A program made the translations under genes and the position numbers. Under the pieces are notes generated by a model. That model was given only the letters and a program-made list of their open reading frames with translations, ran no database searches and had not been told where the DNA came from. A stretch of 24,000 nt of DNA from Kordiimonas marina (GTDB taxonomy: Bacteria > Pseudomonadota > Alphaproteobacteria > Sphingomonadales > Kordiimonadaceae), in the NCBI RefSeq assembly GCF_023006325.1, contig NZ_JAINDF010000001.1, forward strand, positions 30,863 through 54,862, given 5' to 3'. Below, one piece after another: positions 1 through 9,553 of the stretch. Numbering within the stretch: position 1 is the first letter of the stretch; each line of letters begins with the position of its first letter.

Positions 1-173
1 GGGCCTTGGCTTCGTCTTCCTCGCTCGGCCGGGCGGTGATGACGCGGAGGTCCCGATAGACCTGCATACTGTCGGCATTGATGATGACGCCGTTCGTGTC
101 AGCCGCGAGCCTCAGCGACAAAGCCGACTTGCCGCTCGCTGTCGGACCTGCAATAAGAATGGCAGTTTTCAAA
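1..173 (-). CDS. miaA: tRNA dimethylallyltransferase MiaA, N-terminal fragment (gene runs off the left edge)
   Basis: Reverse translation from TTG at 173 gives (M)[56 protein letters not shown]. It has the P-loop GPTASGKS and the ADSMQVYR block typical of MiaA. An in-frame stop lies just upstream of the TTG. The fragment is too short to appear in the ORF track. Confidence 0.85.
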
Positions 174-210
174 CCCGTCGCCTTTTGTGCGCATGTTGGA
201 AGTTCGTCCT

Positions 211-1095
211 ATGAATATGGTGCTGACCCTGATCGTCAACCCCCAGAATAGCGAAGCGCTGAAAAGCGCGGAGGAAAAGGCGCGTGTGGCGCTGCCTGCG
301 CTCGGCCCCACGCATGAGCTGGCGCCCGGTGAAGCGGTCGACATGACCTATGCGGGCGACGCGGCGGAGGCCCGCGAAAAACTGGCAAGCGCACTTGAGG
401 GCATGCCGGTCGATTGGGCGCTACAGGAAGCGCACGGCCGCAAGAAGAAGCTGTTCCTCGCCGATATGGATTCGACCATGATCACGGTTGAATGCATCGA
501 CGAGCTGGCTGACTTCGCGGGCATCAAGGAGCATGTCGCCAAGATCACCGAGGCCGCCATGCGCGGCGAGCTGGATTTCGAAGGCGCGCTTACCGAACGG
601 GTAGCACTCCTGAAGGGCCTGCCGCTTGAGACGCTGGCCCGCTGTTATAACGAGCGGATCGAGATCATGTCCGGCGCGCGCACGCTGGTGCGGACCATGA
701 AGGCTGCAGGCGCCCGTGCCGTGCTCGTCTCCGGCGGTTTCACCTATTTCACCGAGAAGGTCGCGGCAGAGATCGGCTTCGACATGCACCGCGCCAACGT
801 GCTGTTAACCAGCGGGGACGCGCTTGCGGGCACCGTGCAGATGCCGATCTGCGGCGCCCACACCAAGCTGGACACGCTGAAGGAACAGGCTGACGCGCTC
901 GGCTACACGCACACGGATGTGCTGGCGGTCGGCGACGGCGCCAACGATATCCCGATGATCCAGGCCGCGGGCCTCGGTGTCGCCTACCACGCCAAGCCGA
1001 AAACCGCGGCGGCCGCGCAGGTGGCGGTCAACCATAATGACCTGACCGCGCTTCTGTACCTGCAGGGCTACAGCAAGGACGAGTTCGTCTCCTGA
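211..1095 (+). CDS. serB: Phosphoserine phosphatase SerB (HAD superfamily)
   Basis: HAD motif I DMDSTMITVECIDELA and motif IV GDGANDIPMI are present, plus VSGGF. The track ORF opens at GTG 187. ATG 211 (MNMVLTLIV) is preferred because GGAAG lies upstream and it is further from the divergent miaA start. The start is uncertain by about 30 nt. Confidence 0.9.
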   Translation: MNMVLTLIVNPQNSEALKSAEEKARVALPALGPTHELAPGEAVDMTYAGDAAEAREKLASALEGMPVDWALQEAHGRKKKLFLADMDSTMITVECIDELADFAGIKEHVAKITEAAMRGELDFEGALTERVALLKGLPLETLARCYNERIEIMSGARTLVRTMKAAGARAVLVSGGFTYFTEKVAAEIGFDMHRANVLLTSGDALAGTVQMPICGAHTKLDTLKEQADALGYTHTDVLAVGDGANDIPMIQAAGLGVAYHAKPKTAAAAQVAVNHNDLTALLYLQGYSKDEFVS

Positions 1096-1130
1096 CGCTT
1101 CGTCCCACGGGCACAACCAGCATTCCCATG

Positions 1131-1166
1131 CAAAAAGGGCCGGTGAAAACCGGCCCTTTTCTTTTG
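1131..1166. terminator. Bidirectional rho-independent terminator between convergent serB and degP
   Basis: Stem gggccgg (1137-1143), loop tgaaaa, stem ccggccc (1150-1156). It is flanked by an A-run upstream and ttttctttt downstream, so it reads as hairpin plus U-tract on both strands. Confidence 0.8.
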
Positions 1167-1186
1167 TCTTGGCGGTGAAGCCCGGC

Positions 1187-2698
1187 TTATTTCCGGCGCT
1201 TCATCAGCTTGTCTTCTTCTGCCTTGCTCATCAGCTTCAGCGGAATATGCACGGTGTTACCGCGGGCATTGACCAGAAGCAGGACACGCTCCCGCTTTTC
1301 ATCGCGGGCTTTGTTGATCTGCTTAACCACATCCGACGGGTTCGAAACCTTATGCTGGTTGACCCGAAGGATAACGGTCCCCGGACGCATGCCTGCGAAG
1401 TAAGCAGGACAGCCCGGCGCGGTGCGCAGGATAACAACACCATCGACACCATCATCAAGGTTATAGCGGCGGCGCATATCGTCATTGAGCGGCGCCAGTT
1501 CCATGCCCTGGACAAGCTCACGGTCAGCACGGTAGCCATCGTTCGGTCCGCCGTCTTCGCGGTCACGGCCTTCGGCTTCCGCCAGTTGCTCGCCTTTGAG
1601 CTCACCGGTGGTGACATTGATTTTCTGGTGCTTGCCGTCACGGATGATGTCAACCACAACAGGCTTGCCGATTTCGGTCCGCTTGACCAGACGGCTGAGG
1701 CCTGCGCTGTCGTCAACTTCCTTGCCGTCCCAGGTGACGATGATGTCGCCCTGATGCAGACCAGCTTTTGCGGCCGGGCTGTCATCCTGTACGTTGCCGA
1801 TGATCGCACCCTTATGGGTATCGAGGCCGAGCGATTCGGCGATTTCCGGGGTCACGCCCTGGATACCGACACCGAGCCAGCCGCGGCGAACCTTGCCGTA
1901 TTTCATCAGCTCTTTCATCACGCGGGATGCATCGTTGGACGGGATCGAGAAACCGATACCGACGTTGCCGCCCGACGGCGAGAAGATGGCCGAGTTCACG
2001 CCGATGACTTCACCCTTCATGTTGAAGAGCGGACCACCGGAGTTACCACGGTTGATCGGAGCATCGGTCTGGATGAATTCAACATCACCCGAATTGTTGA
2101 TCGCACGGTTGCGGGCCGACACGATACCGGCAGTCACAGAACCGCCGAGGCCGAACGGGTTGCCGATGGCAATAACCCAGTCACCGATGCGTTCCTTGTC
2201 GGAATCGCCCCACGGCACGAAGGGCAGCTTTGTACCATCTTTCGGCGTGATCTTGAGAACGGCGATGTCCGACAGGGCATCCTTGCCGAGAACCTTGGCG
2301 GCATATTTGGTGCCGTCAACGGTGATCACACTGATTTCGTCGGCGTCTTCAACCACGTGATTGTTGGTAATCACGATACCCGAAGGGTCGACAATGAAGC
2401 CTGAACCAAGCGAGCGAGCCTGACGCGGTTCGTCATCTTCGCGGCCACGGAACTGATCCCACAGGTCGCCAAACGGCAGGCCTTCAGGCATCTGTGCACG
2501 ATCGCTCTTGGATTCACGGATGGTTTGGATGGTGGAGATATTCACCACAGCCGGCGAAAGTTTTTCCACGAGGTCGGCAAAACTGTCCGGCGCGCCACGG
2601 GCTGCCGCCGGCTTCACCATGATCATGGCGGCTGCCAGTATGGCAAATCCCATCATCATGGTCCGCCAGAAGGCCGCCGTCTTCCGTCCATCAATCAT
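1187..2698 (-). CDS. degP: Periplasmic serine endoprotease, DegP/HtrA (Do) family, with two PDZ domains
   Basis: Trypsin-like catalytic blocks TNNHVV, DIAVLK and GNSGGPLFN are present, followed by two PDZ-like regions. The signal-like N-terminus is MIDGRKTAAFWRTMMMGFAILAAAMIMVKPAAA. The track ORF extends to 2839, which is implausible. An alternative TTG start at 2719 has GAAGGAG 8 nt upstream. Confidence 0.9.
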   Translation of the reverse strand: MIDGRKTAAFWRTMMMGFAILAAAMIMVKPAAARGAPDSFADLVEKLSPAVVNISTIQTIRESKSDRAQMPEGLPFGDLWDQFRGREDDEPRQARSLGSGFIVDPSGIVITNNHVVEDADEISVITVDGTKYAAKVLGKDALSDIAVLKITPKDGTKLPFVPWGDSDKERIGDWVIAIGNPFGLGGSVTAGIVSARNRAINNSGDVEFIQTDAPINRGNSGGPLFNMKGEVIGVNSAIFSPSGGNVGIGFSIPSNDASRVMKELMKYGKVRRGWLGVGIQGVTPEIAESLGLDTHKGAIIGNVQDDSPAAKAGLHQGDIIVTWDGKEVDDSAGLSRLVKRTEIGKPVVVDIIRDGKHQKINVTTGELKGEQLAEAEGRDREDGGPNDGYRADRELVQGMELAPLNDDMRRRYNLDDGVDGVVILRTAPGCPAYFAGMRPGTVILRVNQHKVSNPSDVVKQINKARDEKRERVLLLVNARGNTVHIPLKLMSKAEEDKLMKRRK

Positions 2699-2775
2699 TT
2701 TTGTCAAGTTGGTGCTCAAGGCACTTACTCCTTCGATTATTATTCTCTGCGTTGGCCGCACAGCTGACGCACAAA

Positions 2776-2970
2776 TCACGGTTTGTTTACCAGCCAAACC
2801 ATCGCAACACCAATTGCCGCCAGGGTCAACCCTAGCCACCGAAGCTTTGCGACAGGTTGTTCCAGCATTGCGATAAGGTGCCGCCTGATGCTGTCCGGAA
2901 TAAGAGCATAGGCCGCGCCCTCAATAAAGAGAGCGAGGCCTAGCCCTGTCAGTAGAAGAGTCCAATTCAT
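2776..2970 (-). CDS. yjeT: DUF2065 small membrane protein (YjeT-like)
   Basis: The 64-aa product has two hydrophobic helices (MNWTLLLTGLGLALFIEGAAYALIP...LGLTLAAIGVAMVWLV). It lies directly downstream of hflC, as yjeT does in E. coli. Confidence 0.75.
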   Translation of the reverse strand: MNWTLLLTGLGLALFIEGAAYALIPDSIRRHLIAMLEQPVAKLRWLGLTLAAIGVAMVWLVNKP

Positions 2971-2976
2971 GGAAGC

Positions 2977-3852
2977 TTAACGCTTGGCCTTCTCGTCCCC
3001 ATTCTTGAACAGCTTGAGGAAATCGCTGTCCGGTGACAAGACCAAAGTGGTGTTGTCCTTGTTCAGCGCTTTCTTGTAGGCCTGCAGAGTACGATAGAAT
3101 TCGAAGAAGTCTTCGTCCTTGCCGAACGCCTGGGCGAAGATTTTCACCGCCTGCGCATCGGCCTGACCACGGATGATCTGGGCTTTACGGCCGGCATCGG
3201 CGTTCAGTTCAGCGGCATTACGGTCCGCCATAGCCTTGATCTTCACGGCATCCCGCTGACCAACAGCACGCTTCTCAGTGGCTTCCCGCTTACGTTCTGT
3301 TTCCATCCGGGCGAAGATCGCCTGGCTGTTCGCTTTCGGAAGATCAACGCGCTTCAGGCGAACATCGACCACTTCAAGGCCAAAGCTTTTGGCTTTGTCG
3401 TTGGTGATGTCACGGATGCGCTGCATCAGCTCCGCCCGCTGGCCAGAGACGATATTTTGCATCGTCTCCTTGGCGAGCACTTCCCGGACCGTTGATTCCA
3501 TCGCGTTTTCCAGAAGGCTGGCAGCACCGGTTTCAGTCCGGGCGGCTTGATAGCGCTTAAGCGGATCAACGATGCGGTAACGGGCAAAGCTATCGACGAC
3601 AAGACGCCGCTGATCGCTGGCAAGGACTTCCTGCGGACGGATATCCAGGCTCATGATCCGCTTCTCAAGGGTGATCACCTGCTCCATGAAAGGAATTTTC
3701 ACATGCAGGCCTGCCTCGGTGACTGTCCGTTTCGGGTCACCGAATTTCACGACGAGAGCCTGTTCACCTTCTTTAACAACATAGAGACTGCTCAGGCCCG
3801 TGAAGGCGAGAACGGCGAGAAGCACAAGGCCAATCAGGGTTTTAGTATTCAT
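2977..3852 (-). CDS. hflC: Protease modulator HflC (SPFH/band-7 family)
   Basis: N-terminal anchor is followed by YVVKEGEQALVVKFG and an SPFH domain. Its ATG lies 3 nt after the hflK stop codon, indicating an operon. Confidence 0.9.
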   Translation of the reverse strand: MNTKTLIGLVLLAVLAFTGLSSLYVVKEGEQALVVKFGDPKRTVTEAGLHVKIPFMEQVITLEKRIMSLDIRPQEVLASDQRRLVVDSFARYRIVDPLKRYQAARTETGAASLLENAMESTVREVLAKETMQNIVSGQRAELMQRIRDITNDKAKSFGLEVVDVRLKRVDLPKANSQAIFARMETERKREATEKRAVGQRDAVKIKAMADRNAAELNADAGRKAQIIRGQADAQAVKIFAQAFGKDEDFFEFYRTLQAYKKALNKDNTTLVLSPDSDFLKLFKNGDEKAKR

Positions 3853-3855
3853 GAC

Positions 3856-4932
3856 TTATTTCCCCCCGCTTTGCGTTTTGAGCAAATCACCGACCGGCAG
3901 GTAGGTCACGGTCCCACCCTTGGCATCCAGAATAACCTTGTGCATCCCTGAAAGAACGTCTTCCATGGTTTCCAGATACAGGCGTTTCTTGGTGACATCC
4001 TTTGCCAGGGCATACTGGGCGTAGACATCCTTGAAACGGGCAGCTTCACCTTCGGCACGGGCAATGGTTTGTGCTTTATAAGCTTCAGCCTGCTGGATGG
4101 TTTTCTCAGCGTTACCTTCAGCTTCGTTCACAACCTTGTTCCGGTAGGCTTCCGCCTCGTTCCGGAAACGTTGCTGGTCGGCTTCAGCCCGCTGAACATC
4201 AAGGAAGGCATCCTTCACTTCTGCGGGAGCTTCAGCTTCCAGGATCTGGACACGGATGACTTCAACGCCGGCTTGATAGCTATCGAGCGTCTGCTGGATC
4301 AATGCACGGGCATCTGTCTGCAGCCGGTCCCGGCCCTTGGTAATGATCGGCACGATGTTTGTCTCGCCAACCAATTCCCGCATGACACTTTCCGAAACAG
4401 CCTTAACTGTTTGCTCTGGCCGCTTGATCTTGAACAGATACTGGCCCAGGTCCTTGATTTTCCAGACCACGTTGAAGCGGACATCAACAATATTCTCGTC
4501 CGCCGTCAGCATCAGGCTTTCATCCGGACGTGCTGAAGAACGGATTCCCCGGCGATCTTCGGACTCACGGCTGCCGATCAGCGTTTGCTGTTCATCGGTC
4601 ACACCGCGTACTTCGGCGGACTCGATCGGATACGGCAGGTGCCAGTGCAGGCCCGGCGCGGACGATTCGATCCATTTACCGAAAAGGAGAACGACACCTT
4701 GTTCGTTGGTCCCGACCCGGTAGATACCGCTTGCGAGCCACAGCATGAACGCCACGAGGAGCATGATCACGACACCGCCGCCGCCACCGGGCAGCGCCTT
4801 GCGGATCTGTTCCTGTCCTTTACGGATGATATCGTCGATTTGCGGGGGTTCGCCGCCACCGCCGCCACCGCGACGCGGGCCGGAGCCCCATGGGTTCGGG
4901 CGGTCACCGTCACCGTTATTTTGCCAAGGCAT
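3856..4932 (-). CDS. hflK: Protease modulator HflK (SPFH/band-7 family)
   Basis: Starts MPWQNNGDGDRPNPWGSGPRRGGGGGGEPPQIDDIIRKGQ, the Gly-rich N-terminus typical of HflK, followed by a TM segment and an SPFH domain. GGGGAGA lies upstream of the ATG at 4932. The track ORF reaching 5493 is an antisense extension over mrp. Confidence 0.9.
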   Translation of the reverse strand: MPWQNNGDGDRPNPWGSGPRRGGGGGGEPPQIDDIIRKGQEQIRKALPGGGGGVVIMLLVAFMLWLASGIYRVGTNEQGVVLLFGKWIESSAPGLHWHLPYPIESAEVRGVTDEQQTLIGSRESEDRRGIRSSARPDESLMLTADENIVDVRFNVVWKIKDLGQYLFKIKRPEQTVKAVSESVMRELVGETNIVPIITKGRDRLQTDARALIQQTLDSYQAGVEVIRVQILEAEAPAEVKDAFLDVQRAEADQQRFRNEAEAYRNKVVNEAEGNAEKTIQQAEAYKAQTIARAEGEAARFKDVYAQYALAKDVTKKRLYLETMEDVLSGMHKVILDAKGGTVTYLPVGDLLKTQSGGK

Positions 4933-5080
4933 ACTTGTCTCCCCTGTGGTGCGGCCTGAACAGCCGCCTTGCCAGCCTAACGTGAATAGAAAGGCCGTGT
5001 CTTGCTTTGCTATATATGGTAGGCACCGCGTGGCTGCAACGGCACCAGCCCAAATTAGTTGAATTAAGAGGCTTTCTCCC

Positions 5081-6175
5081 ATGTCCGACACGCTTAAACA
5101 GGCTGTTTTCAACCGGCTCAAGGAAATCACGCTGTCCCCTGGCCCCGACGGGCAGGATATTGTGGCCGCCGGGATTGTCAGCGCCGTGATCGCTGATGGC
5201 GGACAGGTGGGCATCGTGCTGGATTTCGGCACCCAGGCGCCGCCGAACCGGGAAGACCTGCGCGCTTTCGTCGAACGTGCGGCCCTGGAAGTGGACGGCG
5301 TTGAAGCCGCCAATGTGGTTGTCACCGCCTCACGGCCCGCGAGCGCCAAGCCGCAACCGCCGAAGATGGAAACACCGAAAATGGAAGGCGCACACAAGGC
5401 GCCGCCGACCCCGGTCGAGATTCCCGGCGTGAAGCACATTATCGCGGTAGCAAGCGGCAAGGGCGGCGTCGGCAAATCGACGACCAGCATCAACCTCGCG
5501 CTCGCGCTTCAGGCGCAGGGCTTGAAGGTGGGTGTGCTGGACGCCGATATTTTCGGCCCCAGCCTGCCGATGCTGGTGGGCACGGACGAGCGCCCCGAAA
5601 TCAAAGACAAGATCATCCAGCCGCTGATGGCCTATGGCCTCAAGGTCATGTCGGTCGGCTTCCTGATCGATGTCGACCAGCCGGTGGTGTGGCGCGGTCC
5701 CCGCGTGATGGGCGCGACCCAACAGCTTCTCAAGGATGTGGCGTGGGGGCCTTTGGACGTTCTGGTGGTCGATATGCCGCCGGGCACCGGCGACGTACAG
5801 CTGACCATGGTGCAGCAGGCGCCGCTTTCGGGCGCCGTGATTGTCTCCACCCCGCAGGACCTGGCGCTGATTGACGCGCGCAAGGGCCTCGCCATGTTCC
5901 AGAAAGTGAATGTGCCGATCCTCGGCATTATCGAGAATATGAGCAGCTTCGTCTGCCCGCACTGCGGCGGCGAAGCCCATATCTTCGGCCATGGCGGCGC
6001 GGAAGAGGTGGCGAAAAAGCTCGGCCAGCCGTTCCTCGGCGGTATCCCGCTGCATATGAGCGTGCGCGAACATGCCGATGCCGGCACACCGATTGTGGCC
6101 GCGGAGCCGGACAGCCCGATCTCCGCCGCCTACCGTGAGATTGCCGGAAAAATCGCTGAAAGCCTGAAGGTCTGA
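5081..6175 (+). CDS. apbC: Fe-S cluster carrier ATPase, Mrp/ApbC/NBP35 family
   Basis: Has an N-terminal DUF59/MIP18-like region, a deviant Walker A SGKGGVGKSTT, and the CPHCG cluster-ligand motif. Confidence 0.9.
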   Translation: MSDTLKQAVFNRLKEITLSPGPDGQDIVAAGIVSAVIADGGQVGIVLDFGTQAPPNREDLRAFVERAALEVDGVEAANVVVTASRPASAKPQPPKMETPKMEGAHKAPPTPVEIPGVKHIIAVASGKGGVGKSTTSINLALALQAQGLKVGVLDADIFGPSLPMLVGTDERPEIKDKIIQPLMAYGLKVMSVGFLIDVDQPVVWRGPRVMGATQQLLKDVAWGPLDVLVVDMPPGTGDVQLTMVQQAPLSGAVIVSTPQDLALIDARKGLAMFQKVNVPILGIIENMSSFVCPHCGGEAHIFGHGGAEEVAKKLGQPFLGGIPLHMSVREHADAGTPIVAAEPDSPISAAYREIAGKIAESLKV

Positions 6176-6178
6176 GCC

Positions 6179-6661
6179 TTAAACCCGGACGTAGCTGACG
6201 AACGCGTAAGCGGGCTTGTCGTCTTCGGCCGGGAAGGCCTCACGACTTTCCTCCCGCCACTCAGACGCGACGATTTCCGGGAAGAAAGCATCGCCATCGA
6301 CCGTGAGCGCCACTTCGGTGACCTCAAGCCGGTCAGCCACATCCATCGCCTGGGTGTAAATCTCACCGCCGCCGACGATCATGACATCGCCCTCACCCGC
6401 CAGCGCCATGGCATCCTGAAGGCTGTAGGCAACCTCGACGCCGTCTGCCGACCAATCCTTGTTGCGGGTCACCACAATGGTGCGGCGCCCCGGCAGCGGA
6501 CGGCCGATCGACTGGAAGGTCTTGCGGCCCATGATCATGGCCTTGCCCATGGTCACCGCCTTGAAATGCTTGAGGTCAGCCGGCAAGCGCCACGGCAGGT
6601 CGCCGTTCTTCCCGATTGCCCTGTTTTCCGCCATTGCGACAACGAGGATTACAGCCATCAT
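6179..6661 (-). CDS. folA: Dihydrofolate reductase
   Basis: VAMAENRAIGKNGDLPWRLPADLKHFKAVTMGKAMIMGRKTFQSIGRPLPGRRTIVVTR aligns by eye with E. coli DHFR blocks. The size of 160 aa fits. Confidence 0.92.
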   Translation of the reverse strand: MMAVILVVAMAENRAIGKNGDLPWRLPADLKHFKAVTMGKAMIMGRKTFQSIGRPLPGRRTIVVTRNKDWSADGVEVAYSLQDAMALAGEGDVMIVGGGEIYTQAMDVADRLEVTEVALTVDGDAFFPEIVASEWREESREAFPAEDDKPAYAFVSYVRV

Positions 6662-6684
6662 AAAACTCCAAAACCGGATCTGGA

Positions 6685-8577
6685 TCAGATCATCATATCG
6701 TCTACATCCTCGGCATCCGCCGGTTCAAGCGGCAGATGCGCACGGATGGTGGTGCCCACGTCCGGGATGCTGCGCACGCTGATCTTGCCGTGCATCCGGT
6801 CGACCAGTTCGCGGCAGATGGCGAGCCCGAGCCCCACACCGCCATGACGGCGGGAGAGCGAGGGGTCCACCTGGGTGAAGCGGTCGAACAGCGTGCTTTG
6901 CTTGTCCTCGGGGATGCCGATACCGGTATCCTGCACCTCCAGCACCCAGCCGGCTTGGCCGTTCGCGAAAGGTTTCGGCAGCAAGCGGATGACAACAGAC
7001 CCCTTGTTGGTAAACTTGATCGCATTCGAAGCCAGGTTGATCATGATCTGCCGGAGCCGAAGCTCATCCCCCCAGATATGGCTCGGCATCGCCTCCGCCA
7101 CCTCGGCCTTGAACTCGATCCCCTTATCCTCCGCCTGCTGCCCCAGAAGCGTCAGCACACGGTCCACCAGCGCCCGGGTATCGACCACCTTGCGTTCGAT
7201 ATTGATCTTGCCGGCCTCAAGCTTGGCGAGGTCGAGGATATCGTTGATCAGGCTAAGGAGGTGTGAGCCGCTGGTGTGGATATCGACAGCATATTCCACA
7301 TAGCGGGCATCGCCCAGGTCCCCGAGCGGCTGCTCCCGGAGAAGCTGGGAAAAGCCGAGAATGGCATTCAGCGGGGTCCTCAGTTCATGGCTCATGGTCG
7401 CGAGGAATTCGGATTTCGCACGGTTCGCGGTTTCCGCGGACTGGCGCGCCTCCTCGACATCCTTGTTGAGGTTCTGCAGGAGCTTATAATGCTCCTCCAG
7501 TTCCTCATGCGCTTCCTTGAGCGCACGGGTGCGGCGGTTGACGATCTCGACCACCCGCTTCGCCCGCTCGGACTGTGACCAGACGATAAAGAGCACAAGG
7601 CCGGTCAGCAGCAGGCACACGCTGGCGGTGATGACCGCCGGGCCATAATCCACCCTGAATGCGCGCAAGGGCGCCCAGGGCGTCAGGTCCCAGACCTGCG
7701 GGCCGAGCTGAAGTTTCTCATGGATCTGCCAAATGGCCTGGTTCTTGGGAAGCGGCTGGTTGTCTACCTCCGTCCCTTGGTGACGGATGCTGAAGCCCTC
7801 GGATATCTTGCCCTGGTTCCAGCTGCTTCGCACTTGCAGGTTCAGGCTGGAAAGGCTGTGCGTCTCGGCGATCGAGCGCATGACAGCGCCCATATCGACA
7901 ATCTGGACAATCACGGCCCGCCGCGGCCCCTCGCGCGTGACAATCGGCGTCGCGATCATCACATTCCCCGGGCTGGGGGCAATATCATGGCCAAGCATCG
8001 GAAGGGGGATTGCCGCCGGTTTATTGGTGGCCATAACTTCATCCAGGAAGCTGTGGACCGCGGGCCAGGCACCAATGTTCAGCCCGGTCCAGGCTGTCTC
8101 ATTTTGTTTGTCCGGCGCCCAGACATAGAAAAGATAATAGCCGATATCGGTATCTTTCGCCGGGGACGTCACGCCGACCGGCTCATGCGCATGATAGGGT
8201 TCGCTGTCGCGGGTGCGCGCCACCTGTTCCAACAGGCCGATCCTGCCATGCGGTACCGGGGCGACAATGGCGACAAGGCGGCGGTTTTGGTGCAGGATTG
8301 AGGTGGCATCGACAATGCTTGAAAACCCGGCCCGGGTCATATGATCGGAGGCGTAATAATAGCGGTTAAGGTCCCCCGCCATGGTGATGCCGGTCTTGAA
8401 GGTGCCGGAAATACGGTCGGTATAAAGTTCCGCAGCCGATTCAAAGCGCGCCATGGCTTCCGACTGGGCGGAATGCACAGCCTCACGCGTCGCCGACCAG
8501 GTAAGCCCAAGGCCGATGACAAGCACGAATATTAAAAGCGCCAACTGGCGTAAATCGACGTCGCCTTCCCGCGGCAC
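6685..8577 (-). CDS. Membrane sensor histidine kinase (HisKA + HATPase_c) with a large periplasmic sensor domain and no receiver domain
   Basis: H-box SHELRTPLNAILGFSQLL, N-box LRQIMINLASNAIKFT, G1 VQDTGIGIP and G2 GGVGLGLAICRELV are present. Two TM segments (LALLIFVLVIGLGLTW and VITASVCLLLTGLVLFIVW) bracket about 290 aa that look CHASE-like by eye; this is unverified. The GTG start at 8577 has AGGGGGGA upstream. Confidence 0.88.
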   Translation of the reverse strand: MPREGDVDLRQLALLIFVLVIGLGLTWSATREAVHSAQSEAMARFESAAELYTDRISGTFKTGITMAGDLNRYYYASDHMTRAGFSSIVDATSILHQNRRLVAIVAPVPHGRIGLLEQVARTRDSEPYHAHEPVGVTSPAKDTDIGYYLFYVWAPDKQNETAWTGLNIGAWPAVHSFLDEVMATNKPAAIPLPMLGHDIAPSPGNVMIATPIVTREGPRRAVIVQIVDMGAVMRSIAETHSLSSLNLQVRSSWNQGKISEGFSIRHQGTEVDNQPLPKNQAIWQIHEKLQLGPQVWDLTPWAPLRAFRVDYGPAVITASVCLLLTGLVLFIVWSQSERAKRVVEIVNRRTRALKEAHEELEEHYKLLQNLNKDVEEARQSAETANRAKSEFLATMSHELRTPLNAILGFSQLLREQPLGDLGDARYVEYAVDIHTSGSHLLSLINDILDLAKLEAGKINIERKVVDTRALVDRVLTLLGQQAEDKGIEFKAEVAEAMPSHIWGDELRLRQIMINLASNAIKFTNKGSVVIRLLPKPFANGQAGWVLEVQDTGIGIPEDKQSTLFDRFTQVDPSLSRRHGGVGLGLAICRELVDRMHGKISVRSIPDVGTTIRAHLPLEPADAEDVDDMMI

Positions 8578-8604
8578 AAATCCCCCCTTTGGTCCTGCCG
8601 AGCG

Positions 8605-9399
8605 TTAGACCGCTACAGCCCCCTTGATGTGCGCATGTGCCTGATAATTGTCTATGCGAATGTCATCATATGTAAAGGCAAACAAATCGTCGACCGCCGG
8701 ATTGAGCCACAGCGTGGGCAGCTTGAGCGGCTCCCGCGTGAGCTGGAGGTCGGCCTGTTCGATATGGTTGCTGTAGAGATGCGCGTCGCCCAGCGTATGG
8801 ACGAAATCCCCCACCTCAAGGCCGCATACCTGCGCCATCATGTGGGTCAACAGCGCATAGGAAGCGATGTTGAAGGGCACGCCCAGGAAGACGTCGGCGC
8901 TGCGCTGATAAAGCTGGCAGCTAAGCTTGCCGTCCGCGACATAGAACTGGAACAGGCAGTGGCACGGCGGCAACGCCATATTGTCGACATCGGCCACATT
9001 CCAGGCCGACACGATCAGGCGGCGGCTGTTCGGATTGGTCTTGATCTGGTTGATGACATTCGTGATCTGGTCGATGGTGCCGCCGTCCGGCGTCGGCCAG
9101 CTGCGCCACTGGTGGCCGTATACGGGCCCGAGGTCGCCATTTTCATCGGCCCATTCGTCCCAGATGGAAACGCCGTTTTCCTTGAGATACCGGATGTTGG
9201 TGTCACCGGTGATGAACCACAGAAGCTCATGAATGATCGAGCGCAGGTGCAGCTTTTTCGTGGTAACGAGCGGAAAGCCGTCGGCAAGATTGAAGCGCAT
9301 CTGGTGGCCGAACACACTGTAGGTGCCCGTCCCCGTACGGTCGCCCTTGAAGACGCCTTCTTCCCGGATACGTGCCACGAGATCAAGATATTGCCGCAT
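8605..9399 (-). CDS. thyA: Thymidylate synthase ThyA
   Basis: [38 protein letters not shown]..., the active-site block [13 protein letters not shown], and [12 protein letters not shown] are present. The product is 264 aa from the ATG at 9399, matching E. coli ThyA length. The track start at 9477 adds 26 implausible residues. Confidence 0.93.
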   Translation of the reverse strand: MRQYLDLVARIREEGVFKGDRTGTGTYSVFGHQMRFNLADGFPLVTTKKLHLRSIIHELLWFITGDTNIRYLKENGVSIWDEWADENGDLGPVYGHQWRSWPTPDGGTIDQITNVINQIKTNPNSRRLIVSAWNVADVDNMALPPCHCLFQFYVADGKLSCQLYQRSADVFLGVPFNIASYALLTHMMAQVCGLEVGDFVHTLGDAHLYSNHIEQADLQLTREPLKLPTLWLNPAVDDLFAFTYDDIRIDNYQAHAHIKGAVAV

Positions 9400-9503
9400 G
9401 AACGCGCTGCCCCCCCTTACCAAGCTGATACAGTCAAAATCTATAGGGCCTGGCACGGCCTGAGGCAATAGCCACATACCCGGCTGCGGCCAATCACGCG
9501 CAC

Positions 9504-9528
9504 AAAAAAGGGCCGCAAAAAGCGACCC
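9504..9528 (-). terminator. Rho-independent terminator downstream of yjdM
   Basis: The minus strand reads gggtcgc-ttttt-gcggccc followed by tttttt. The stem has one G-U pair. Confidence 0.65.
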
Positions 9529-9553
9529 TTCCGGTTCAGGCCCTTACGGCGCC

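Noticed and set aside
174-210. A very short (13-37 nt) divergent spacer between the miaA and serB starts
   Set aside because: The exact length depends on an uncertain serB start. Promoters embedded in neighbouring coding sequence are not unusual, and no conserved element is visible.
1169-2404. A 411-aa plus-strand ORF
   Set aside because: It is antisense to degP, whose catalytic and PDZ motifs are unambiguous, and its composition is not protein-like.
4933-5493. The N-terminal 187-aa extension of the hflK ORF in the track (ORF 3856-5493)
   Set aside because: The extension overlaps mrp/apbC on the opposite strand and crosses the divergent promoter region. The typical HflK N-terminus (MPWQNNG..GGGGGG) with GGGGAGA upstream begins at 4932.
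5330-6073. A 247-aa minus-strand ORF (and a 151-aa ORF at 5632-6087)
   Set aside because: Both are antisense to the Mrp/ApbC gene and are Arg/His/Ala-rich with no motifs.
6173-6181. Convergent mrp and folA stop codons only 3 nt apart with no terminator between them
   Set aside because: Tight convergent gene ends are common in compact bacterial genomes. Nothing in the sequence suggests a special function.
8629-9471. A 280-aa plus-strand ORF
   Set aside because: It is antisense to thyA, which matches thymidylate synthase over its full length.
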